64,000 nt of DNA. Source: Candidatus Woesearchaeota archaeon (lineage in GTDB: Archaea > Nanobdellota > Nanobdellia > Woesearchaeales > WAPY01). The notes beneath the pieces were generated by a model. It searched no databases, was not told where the DNA came from, and saw only the letters and a program-made list of their open reading frames with translations. Every line of letters begins with the position of its first letter. The stretch's first letter is position 1. This document shows positions 10,772-23,300 of this stretch, piece after piece. Where the stretch lies: contig JBNAUL010000001.1 in assembly GCA_049700835.1 (NCBI GenBank), positions 308,043 through 372,042 on the forward strand, given 5' to 3'. A program made the translations under genes and the position numbers.

Positions 10772-13700
10772 CTGTTGATGAGAATTTTTATGCTGTTTAT
10801 TACGGCAATCCAAATGCGACAAACGCAACTTATCCAATATTTTACAGGGGAACGATTTTTTATGATGCTTACACAACAAATCTTAACAACTATTCAAATC
10901 CAACAGGAGATTGGAGCATTTACTTGCAGCAGGCAAGAGCTTATGCATGCGATCCGTCAGATTTAACAACACTTACAGACCTTATAGATTTAAGCAGTTG
11001 GTATTCTGCAACAATAACCTTCCAATACAGAGAAGAAGGGACTTTAGAAGCAGACGATTGCTTGTATTATGGAATTTATTCCAATGGAAGTTGGATTGTT
11101 GATGAGCAGAATGTTTTCTGCGATGATGTTGGAGCAACATTCTTAACATACAATATTAATTTAAATTATTCTGAGATGAGTCCTGATTTTAGATTAAGGT
11201 ATAGGTGCAGGAGTTTTAGCGGAGCAGGAGAATATCTCTACATTGACAATTTGAATATAACAGGTTATAGATTGCAACATCCTCTTGTTAGTTCAAGAGT
11301 TGGTAATGTTGAAAAGTTTGTTTATAGCATAAGCAACGATTCTATTGGCAGTAATGGACTTTGGAATTGGTTATTTAATACTATAAACCAAAGTTATGGA
11401 TTATACTCAGTTATAGCATTTTCTAATGAAACAGGCTATCTTCCTGCATACAATTTTACTCACTTCAATATTTATCAAATAGTTCCGCCAACAGTTTATC
11501 TTATAACTCCAGAAAATAATTCTTATTATAAAACTACAAACATAACATTTAATTGTTCTGCATCCGACAACACAAGATTAGTAAATGCAACTCTGTATGG
11601 AAATTGGGGTGGTTGGCATGCAAACGAAACAGCAAGTTTAGGAGGAACTTCAAATTATACAATATTCACAAAAACATTGCAGGAAGGAACTTATGTTTGG
11701 AATTGTCTTGTTTACAATGTTAATAATTACAGCAGTTTTGCATTTCAAAACAACACATTCACAATAGATTTGCAAGAACCAATTGTTAATTTAATAAGCC
11801 CTGAAGATAATTATTCCACAAACAATTCTGTTGTTGAATTTACTTACAATGTTACTGACAACGCTTTAATCAAAGAGTGTTATTTAATCATTGACGATGA
11901 TATTATTCAAACAGACACAACAATTACAACCAATGCTAACCAAACATTTATAGAATCTTTAACTAATGGATTGCACAATTGGACTGTAAATTGCAGCGAC
12001 ATGGCAGGAAACACTTACAAAGCGCTTCCAAGAAAAATAAATGTTTCAGCAACTCCAATACTTTGGGATAGGAGATGGTATGAAACCTCAACCTTTAACT
12101 GCAATAACGAAACTTGCTATATAAGTTTAGCAAATTCAAGAGATCCAACTGAAAACCAAGTATACTATTCAAGCGTAAATTCAAATCAGTTGGTAACAGC
12201 ACTAAGTGCAGTATCGCCTTATTTTGGAAGCAATGGATTATTAATAACTCAAAACACTCAAGTTTCGTTCAGCGGGGAATTCTTAACAAACCCCGCTAAC
12301 AAGGGATTAGTTTCATGGTATTTGTATTATACTACAAAAGATAGCGATTATTTAATATGCAATGCTACAAACATTGCTCTATCTCCAACAACAGTTGCTT
12401 CATGCAATTGGACAGGTAGCGATTTAAAGTTGAACAGCACCAACAGATTTAAACTCGTAATAACTTACAACAATACATTTTCATCAGCAGTTTCATTTAC
12501 TCATACATGGGATTATTTAGAACTCTCTTATTTTGAACTTTCAAACATGATAGTGCTTGGATTTTTAAAAGCAAACCTATTGTTGCCAGAAAACAATTTA
12601 ACAATAAACCAAAACCAAGTTTTTAACTTAACATGCAATGTAAGTTGCGATTTTGGAACTTGCAGGAATGTAAGGGTTTATGCTCAGTACAATGATTCAG
12701 AAACAAATTGGACTAATATTGGAAGCTCTGGAAATTTGGTATTAAATTCTGGAGAAACAAATCCACATACAATTGGAGATGTAAATCAAACAAGCATAAA
12801 CACAACATTTGCCATAAAAGGAAATCTTGTTTCAACCAATAATGTAAGATGCTTTGCAGTTTCCGATTACTCAAACACAACAACAGAGAAAAGAACAATT
12901 TATGTTGGAGATTCTACTCCTCCACAAATAACTATTTCAAACCCTGAAAACAATTCTTGGCATAATCAAGCGATACTTGAAATCAAGTATGTGCCTTTTG
13001 ATAACAACGGAATAGTTAATTGTTCTTTGATAGTTGATGGAAATCTAAATCAAACTAATAGCACAATTGCTAATAACGAACAAAATAATTTTACAATATC
13101 CTTATATGCTGAAGGAATGCACAATTTAAGCATAACATGCTTTGATGTCTCTAACAATCAAGGAAACTCAACAACAATATACTTTTATTATGATAAAACA
13201 AGCCCTACGGTTAATATTTTAAGCCCTGAAAACGAAGTGGAAATTAATAAAAACTTGATTACTTTTAATTTTACAGCAGTTGATACTTTAGCTTATAATC
13301 TAAGCTGTAATTTAACAATAGACAATGAAGTAAAGCAATACAACATAACTGCTCAAAACAATACTCTAACAAGCATTACAGAAATAATTTCTTTAGGAAA
13401 TCATTATTGGAATGTCACTTGTTATGATTTAGCAGGAAACTATAATACAAGCCAAACATGGATGTTCACTATTTTAGATACAGCACCTTATGTTGTTCTT
13501 ATAACTCCGGAAAATAACTCTTGGGATAATACAGGAAACATAACCTTTTACTTCAATGTTTCAGAAAACAATGCTTTAGAGAATTGCTCGCTAATACTAA
13601 ACAATGTAATAAACCAAACAAAGAATTCTACAGAATTAATAAATGGGGGACAGAATAATTTTACAATCACTAATCTTCAAAATGGCGTCTATAATTGGAG

Positions 13701-16700
13701 CGTTAATTGCACAGATGACAGTGGGTTAATAGGAAGTTCTGAATTAAGGGTTTTAATTGTTGACACGCTTAGACCAACAGTATTTTTAGTTACTCCTCAA
13801 AACAATTCTAACTACACAACAGAAAATATTAATTTTACATTCTACGTGGTTGATAATCTTGCAAACAAAACAAATTGCAACATAACATTAGATGATAAAA
13901 TTATAGAACAAAATTTGCAAGTTTACAACAACACAAATATAAGCATAGAAAATAATGCTGAAGACGGACTTCATTATTGGAACATAACTTGTACTGATTA
14001 TGCTTTAAACTATAACACCTCATTGACATATATTTTTAATGTTTCTTCAAGACCAAATGTCACATTAGTAAGCCCTGCTTCAAACACCTGGACTAATGGA
14101 AACATAACTTTTACATTCACAGTTTATGATAATGATGGAATAGAAAATTGTTCTTTGATAATAAATAGCGCGATAAATCAGACAAAAAATTCATCACAAA
14201 TAGTTAATGGCCAAGAAAATAATTTTACAGTTTATGATTTACCAGAAAGCGTTAATAATTTATGGACAATAATATGTTATGACACAGGAGCTTATAACAA
14301 TTACTATCAACCTTCAGGAAGATTGTTCCATGTTGATAGAACACCACCAAACATAACATTAATTTATCCAGGCAATGAACAAACAATCAATGAAACATTT
14401 GTAAATTTCAACTTTATAGCATCAGATAATTTTGCATTTATCATAAGATGCAATATTACAATAGACAATGATGTTATAGAATCAAATATTTCAGTTCAAT
14501 CAGGAACTTCAGTAAACATAACTGTTACAAATTTTGAAGACGGAATTCATTATTGGAATGTAAGTTGTTGGGACAATGTTAATAACATAAATTATAGCGA
14601 AACAAGATGGTTTAACATTTCTGTTCCGCCAGTTATAAATTTAATATCTCCTGGAAATAATAGTTGGCAAAATTCTGAAAACATTACTTTCACTTATTAT
14701 GTAGTTGACAATACAGGAGTAGCAGAGTGCTCATTAATAATAAATGGACAAGTAAATCAGACGAGCACTGAGATAGTTAATGAAGATTATAACAACTTCA
14801 CAATAAATTATATGAGCGAAGGTATTTACAATTGGAGCATTAATTGCACAGACACATTTGGCGTAACAGGAAGTTCAGAAAAGAGAATACTATATGTGGA
14901 TAAAACAGGACCTGCTATATACTTGAATTCTCCAAGGGAAGATGAAATAGTGAGCAGCAACTACGTAACCTTCAACTGGACTGCATATGATAATTTAGCA
15001 TTAGAAATAAATTGCAGTTTGTATGTTGATGGAAGTTTAAAAGAGGAAAACATAATATTAGAAAATGGAAGTTATGCAAACAGAACTTACATTTATCCTG
15101 ATGGAATTTATTCTTGGAATGTAAGCTGTTTTGATTTGGCAGAAAATTATAATTGGAGCGAGACAAGAAACTTTACAGTAGAAGCCCCCCCAAATGTAAC
15201 CCTCGATTTTCCAGAAAACAACACTTGGTTTAAAATTGAAAACATAACATTTTACTATACGCCCTATGATCCCATAGGAATAAGGTACTGCGAGATTTAC
15301 ATAGATGAAGTTTTAAAGGGAAATGACAGTGATATTGAAAAAAATGTTCAGAATAGTTTTTACATAACAGAGATAGAAGAAGGAATTCATAATTGGACAA
15401 TAAACTGCATCGACTCTGATTGGAACAATTATTCTCCAGAACCAAATATTTTCTATGTTGATAAAACACCTCCTGTAATTCAAATATTTTCTCCAACGCA
15501 AAATCAGGAATTCAATGAAAGCAAAGTATTGTTTAATTGGACTGCATACGATAATTTGGCTTTAAACATAACTTGCAATCTAACAATAAACAATCAGTTA
15601 GTGCAATCCAATATTGAAATTTACAACAACACACACTATAATTTAACAATAAACGATTTTAAAGACAATATTTATTCTTGGAATTTGAGTTGTTCTGATT
15701 TTGCTTCTAACGATAACACAACAGAAACAAGAATTTTCAACGTAAGCGTAAAGCCAGAAGTGTTCTTAATAAGTCCTGAAAATAATACTTGGTTAAAAAA
15801 TTCTGAAGTAATATTTTACTTTAATACAAGCGATAATGATGGAATAAAAAACTGCACTTTAATATTAAATGGTATAGAAAATGAAACAAACAATAACATA
15901 ACAGACAATGCGCAAAACAACATTACTTCAATACTTTTAGAAGGAATATACAATTGGAGCATAAGATGCTATGATAATGGAACATTCAACAATTTTGGGA
16001 TTAGCCAAGAGCAGAGATTATTGTATGTTGATTTAACAGAACCAGCGATTATACTATATGCTCCTGAAAACAACTCAACATTGTTGAATAACTCAGCAGT
16101 ATTCAATTTCACAACAACAGATTACTTATCAACAGAAATGATTTGCAATCTAACGCTTGACAACCAAACAAGAATAATCGATGCTGTTGTAACAAATAAC
16201 ACTCCTTATGTTGAGACAATCTATAACTTAAGTTATGGAATGCACTATTGGAATGTTACTTGTAAGGACTATGCTAACAGAACAAACACTTCATTAACAT
16301 ATGCATTCAGAGTTCCAAGGCCTGACTTAAAGATAAGTTCAGAGGACATTGTTTTTGTTTACGAAACTCAAAATCCAGAAGAGGGAAAGCAAGTTACAAT
16401 AAATGCAACAATTCACAATCTTGGAGCATCAAATGCTGAGAACTTTACAGTTCAATTCTTTGATGGAAACCCTGATTTTGAAGGAGAACAAATAGGCAAT
16501 AACATAACAATGAGTTTAGAAGCAAATTCTTATGATTATGCAATAATGAATTGGACAGCAAAGCTTGGAACTCATAACATCTTTGTAATATTAGACCCGC
16601 CGCTTGAAACAAATGGAAGCATTGAAGAAGAAGATGAAACCAACAACATTGCAAATAAAACAATATTGGTTGAGAGTTGGCACTACTTCTACGGCAATCT

Positions 16701-17229
16701 TTCAGGGAGTTTGTTGTTAAGAAACCTTAACAACTCTTATGTTTATGTTTGGAATGTAAGCGAAGCTAATGATAGCAACATCTTTGCAGCAGATTATGAC
16801 AGCAACATAAATTGGAGCGCTTTGAAGGCAATAAGCAGGGATTTAAATGATAACTTTGTAAGCAACGATTTCTCAGAAATAGATCATGCTTTGGGAATGC
16901 AGAATTATACTGATTCTGTAAATAGAACTTACACAATAAACAATCTACCAAAAGCAACAAGTTCATTTGCAGTTTTTAACAAGTTGATTGAAAATGTTCC
17001 TGTTGTAGAATCATTCAACAACTCAAACTTTATGACAGGAATACTGTGGGATTACAGCGATGGTAGCAATGAGTACAATGGAACGCAAGATTTAGTTTTT
17101 ATAACAAGAACGAACATTGGAAAACAAGGAAGCTTTGATGTTTGCGATTATGAATTTAGGGTTCCTTCAAATCTCAAAAGTTATAAGGGAACAACAGATA
17201 GCGTAGTTTTTTACATCGAGATTAAGTAA
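10772..17229 (+). CDS. Giant secreted surface protein 1, C-terminal part: tandem Cys-pair Ig-like repeats, CARDB-like domain, terminal subunit-like domain
   Basis: Repeats PxVxLxxPxNN...F...D....C.L...GxxxWNVxCxD, PDLKI...ATIHNLG...IEEEDETNN, and the ending VVFYIEIK. Likely one gene with 6672-10671. Confidence 0.85.
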
Positions 17230-17387
17230 GAAGAAAAAATTTGAGAAATAAAAATAAATTAGAAAAATAGATTAGAAAAAAGCAAATGATGCTGAAATTA
17301 TATAATCATAATGAAACATTAGTTCATTGGTCAATTATTAATTAATAAAAATTAATTAATAAAAGTTAATAACGAATTTGTTTTAAA

Positions 17388-20300
17388 ATGATGAAAGCAA
17401 AGTTGATGCACAAAAACAAGAATAAAAATCAGAAGAAAGCATTAGAATTTTTATCATCGGTCCTGTCATTAGTTTTATTTTCATTTTTAGTAATGTTCAG
17501 CATCTTAGCGCAAATAAGAACAGTGTTTTCTGAATTAGAGCAATTAAACAATAGAGTAATAATGTTGGATAAAAAATACTACCAACTAAATGAAACAGTA
17601 GAGATAAAACTTAAATATTTAATAAGAGACGCAGAACTATTCATAAAAACTCCAACCCACAACTATAAATTTTTAGGAAGTTTAGAAGAACGGATAAAAT
17701 TTGTTTTAGAGGAAGAAGGTACTTATGAAATTGTATTGATGAAAAATCAAAAGGTTATAGATAATGTTGCTTTTAGCGTGAATAAGACAAAAACATATTC
17801 TGAAATAATAACAAACAATGAAACAAAAGAAAAAGAGTTTGGCAAAACAGCACAACAAATTACAGATCTAAACTGTATAAAAATAGAAAAAGAAAATTTT
17901 TTCTTAGGAGAAGCAGTTAAAATTCAAATCAATAAAAACATAATGAATGATGAAGATTTAAAAGGAAAATTAGGATTAAAGATAATAACAAATGAAGGAA
18001 CTTACTCCATTTTAGGTGAGATTAGTGAAGAAGTAAATTTTATTCCTTCAATAGAAGGAGAAAGCTTGATAGTGCTTTATCATATCAACGGCACAGCAAT
18101 ATGCGAGAGAACATTTTTTGTAATTTCAAAATTAAAAAAGGCAGGAGAAAACTTATCAAAAACAATAGGCATTGCAGAACAGAATGAAACAATCAAAGAA
18201 AAAAATGAAAGTCAGTTGTTCATCTCTAAAAATGAATCATTAAAGTTAAGAGAAAAAGAGGATTTAATCAAGAGCAAATTAAGGGTTAGGATAAAAAACA
18301 AGAAAAACGAACTTTCAGATGCTGTTCTGAATTTTGAGTTCTTTAATGAAACAGAAAATACTGAAGCAAATCAAGATAAACCGCAAGAAAAATTTAGGAG
18401 AATTGTTTTAAACATAAATAACTCTGAATTTAAAAACATAATCATAGAAAATACAATTATGAAAGAAAACTCAAATTTAACATTTGAGGAACTTTCTATT
18501 GAAAACAAAAAAATTATAAAAGACAGGTTTGCTAGAAAAACATTCTTAATTAATTATGAAAAAGCAAACTTTTCAAACTTGATAATAAGAGCAGAAGCAA
18601 CAGGCAATGAACTTTGGGTTTGCGAGGATTGGGATTTAATTAATAATTCTTGCAATGAGGAACCAAAAAAAGTTCTTGATCTAAATTTAGGAGAAGAATT
18701 TGAATTAAACATATCAAAAGAACAAATAATAGAAGGAAGAAACATTCTTTATTTTGAAACAATAACAATACTTAATCCAATAACATTTTTAAGAGATAAT
18801 GAAGTTTGGGTTGTTGAATTCAATACAACAGGCATTGCAGATTTAAGAATTAGCTCAAATAACAGCAACTGGGCAGAAATAAACAATGATTTAGAAGAAA
18901 CTATTGATGAAATGAAATTCCTTGATTTAAAATGCGGCGATAAATCATTAAAAGATAAAATTAAAGTTGTTGATTATGAAGGAAACATTAAAGGATTATT
19001 AGAAATACGGGAAAATGAAAGTTTTAGAATACAAAAATTTATTGTGGAGAATTATAGTTGCAACGAAACATCTTACTTTAGTAATTTAATGCTTAAAGCA
19101 GGATATGCTGTTTTAAGATTTGACTTTGGAGAACAAACTGCATACGCTATAGATCCGTTAGTAAATATCTCAAATACTAATATAACATCTTTAGATATGG
19201 CTATTTTAGATGAGGAAACTTTTGTTGTTGCTTATTGTGATGATACTAATGATAGGGTTGCTTTTAGGGTTTATAATACTAATGGTAGTTTGGTTTCTGG
19301 TGAGGTTGTTGTTGATTCTAGTTTGGCTGTTAGTGCTTGTGATTATACTAGTGTTTCTGTTTCTGCTTTTAATAGTTCTCATTTTGTTGTTGGTTGGGTT
19401 GATAGTGGTAGTTCTTATGTTAGTTTTGAGGTTTTTGATGTTTTTGGTAATGTTTTTGGTAGTAGGGTTGATGTTGATACTACTGCTGGTACTTCTAGGA
19501 GTGTTTCTGTTTCTGCTTTTAATAGTTCTCATTTTGTTGTTGGTTGGTATGATCAGCCTGATGCTGATGCTACTTTTAGAGTTTATACTAGTTCTGGTAG
19601 TGCTGTTACTAATGCTATTGATGTTGATACTAATGCTGGTACTTGTAATGCTGTTAGTGTTTCTGCTTTGGATAATGTTAATTTTGTTTTTGGTTATTAT
19701 GATATGGCTTCTTCTGATGTTACTTTTAGGACTTATACTAGTTCTGGTGGTGCTGTTAGTGCTATTACTGATGTTGATACTGATGCTGGTGTTGGTTCTT
19801 TTAGTGTTTCTGTTTCTGGTGTTAATAGTTCTCATTTTGTTATTGGTTGGTTTGATCAAACTTCTGGTTATGTTAGGTTTAGGTTGTATTCTGTTTATGG
19901 AACTATTGTTGGCACTGAGGTTGTTCCTGATACTGCTGTTGGAACAACAGCATCAGGAGTAATGCAGGATGTTGCTGCTATTAACCAAACGAGTTTTGTT
20001 TATTCTTGGTTTGATAGTATAGCAGATGTTGGAACTTTTTTCAGCACTTATTCAACATTTGGGGTTACTACGCCAACAGCGATTGTTAGCAATATTTCTG
20101 TACTGAATAATTCATTAAAATATCATGCTGTTGCAGGTTATCAACCATCAACCAACATTGGTTTTTGCCAAGGAAACAAGTTTGTGATTGCATTTGTAAA
20201 CACAACAGGATTTTATTGGAAAACATATTTTACTAATGGAGCAGAATGGGATGGAATTTGTCCTGATTTAACTCCACCAAATGTTACTTTGATTTATCCC

Positions 20301-23300
20301 TCAAACAATACTTTGCTTGAACAAAAAAATGTTGATTTTAATTTCACAGTTTATGATAAAAAAACACTGATAATTCCAAATTGCAGTTTATGGGCTAATT
20401 TTACAGGAGTTTTTCAAGAGATTGCAACAGTTTACAACATAAGCATAAATACAATAACCAACATAACAATGAATGACTTAGAGGATGGTTATTATGTTTG
20501 GAATGTTAAATGCTATGATGGTTCAAACAATTCAGCATTTGCAATCAACAATAATACGCTTATTATAAATTTTTACCCTCCAAATATTTCTAATCCTGAA
20601 ATAAATACAACAACAATAAATCAATCAGAATTTATCAAATTTAACGCAACAATAACAGACGAGTTTGGCATAAGTTATGCTTTTATAACAATAAAGTATC
20701 CAAATGGAACTTACAAAAACATTTCATTGGTTAAAAACAATGATGAATACTACATAAATTTTAATGATACTATTCAGCTTGGAATTTACAACATAACCTT
20801 CATATGGGCTAATGATTCATTTGGAAAATCAAGCAACCAAAGTTTAAACCTTTATTTTCAAGTGGTTCCATCACCCCCTTCAGAGTTTGATTTAATATCT
20901 CCTTATAATAAAACAGAATCAAAGAATTTAGTTCCAACATTAACATGGCAACAGACACAAGAACAAACCTTTGCTAATTACACAATACAAATCTCAAAAG
21001 ATTCAAGTTTTACAACAATTGATTATGCTTACTATACTTTTGAAATAACAAACACTTCTTATACAGTTGATTATGCTCTCGATGCTAACTCAATGTATTA
21101 TTGGAGGGTTATTGCATACGATGTTTTCGGAAATTATAGGATTTCAACTAATTATTTTGTTTATATAACAGATACAATAAGTCCAACAATAACCTTGATT
21201 TATCCTGAAAACAACACAATCCTGAGCCAAAATCAAATAACATTCAAGTATGTTCCTAATGATGCAAATACTCTGAATACATGCGCTCTTTATGGTAATT
21301 TTTCAGGAAGTTTTTCAAAAATAGTTGAAAGCAACAACATAACAAAAGGAGTTGAGAATAATTTAACAACTACAATAGTTAATGAAGGCATATTCGCTTG
21401 GAATGTTTGGTGCAACGATACAGCAACAAACAACGGTTTTTCAACTCAGAATTATACTTTAATGCTTGATTTTTCACCTCCAAAAATAAACTTGATGTAT
21501 CCAAATAATAATTCAATTGAAAACGAGACAAACATTATAACCTTTATCGCAAATGCAACAGACACTTACAGCAACATAAGTTTTTGCGAGTTAATAATCG
21601 ATGGAGAAATAAAAGATACTAATTATGAAATAACAAGAGGAGTTTCATTCAATTTCACAGTTTTCTTGCAAAATGGAAACTATACTTGGAATGTAAATTG
21701 CACAGATACAAATGGTTTTGAGAACTCCTCAGAAATATTTAATCTTAGTATTTTTGTAATAGACGCACAACCGCCATTTATAACAATAAACAGCCCAAGA
21801 AACAACACATTCTTGTCGTATGATACAATTTTAATAAACTATACTCCTCAAGATTCAACAGGAATAGAAAATTGTTCTTTAATAATGAACAATGCTATAA
21901 ATCAAACAGATTATGAGATTGAAAATTTTGTTCCTAACTATTTTACAATAATTTTAGAAGAAGGGATTTACAATTTTAAAATAGGATGTTATGACAATAG
22001 TTCAGAATTCAACTATGCAGAAACAGAAGAATACACATTAATTGTTGATTTAACAAATCCAGCAGTGCTTCTTGAATTTCCAGAGAACAACTCTTATTCA
22101 AGATCAGAAGTAAGCTTCGCATACACTCCTATTGATTTAAACTTAGATAGTTGCATCTTGTATGGAAATTTTAGCGGCATTTGGGAAGAACAAGCTTATG
22201 ATAACAGTCCAATAAACAACAATTCAAACGAATTCTCAAGAACATTAAACGATAGCATTTTTGTTTGGAATGTTTGGTGCAACGATAGTTCTGGAAGGAA
22301 TAGTTTTGCATCAGAAAATTTCACTATAAAAGTGGATTCAACATCTCCATTTTATTACAACAACATATCATATCCTGAAACGCCAACAACTTACGAGCCA
22401 AATAAAGAATACTATTTCATTATAAATTGGAGTGATAACTTTGGAATAAAAGAATTAGTGATAGAGCAGAATTTTACAGGACAAATATTAAATATAACTT
22501 TAATAAATTTAAGCATTGAAAATGAAAGTCAATCTAACAGCACAATATCTTATAATTATTCCTTGCAAAATCTAAACGCTTCAATCTACTATTATAAATG
22601 GTATGTAACAGATTTCAACAACAATACAAACTCAACGCCAAAATACGATTATGTTGTGGAAAAATCAGATTCAGAAATAAAACTAAAACTAAACGGGGTA
22701 GAAAACAACATAACAATAGACGAAGACAACTATGTTAATATAAGTGCCGAGGTTATAAAACCAATAACAGGTTACTTGGAAATATATGTTAATAATGATT
22801 TAATTGCTTTTGGAAACTCTCCATTGTCTATAAATTACTTTTTTGAGGATCCAGGAATTTATAATATAACAGCAATTTACAACCAAACAAATAATTACAA
22901 ATTATCTTATGCAACATACTTTTTAACAACAAACGATATTACTCCCCCAAACATAAACCTAACACAACCTTCTCAAAGTGCTTTGATTGGATATGCAACA
23001 ATAAATTTCAACTATATTGTCTATGATAAGAGCAATTTAAGCAATTGCAGTTTAATAATTAACAGCACAATAAACAAAACAAACTACAATGTAAGTGTTG
23101 GAGAAGTAAACACATTCACGCAAATTTTTGAAGAGGGAAACTACTCTTGGAAAGTTGAATGTTACGATATTTTTGGAAATTACAACATTAGCGAAGAGAG
23201 AAACTTTACTTACATAAAATCAGATAAAATAATTGGTTATGCTCAAACATCAAAACCGCAATACCAAAAAGGAGAGCCAGCAATATTAATTGCTAACACA

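Noticed and set aside
19206..19962. 217-aa minus and 250-aa Leu-rich plus ORFs (and their twins at 33102-33858)
   Set aside because: By-products of the same wobble skew; their limits coincide with the repeat.
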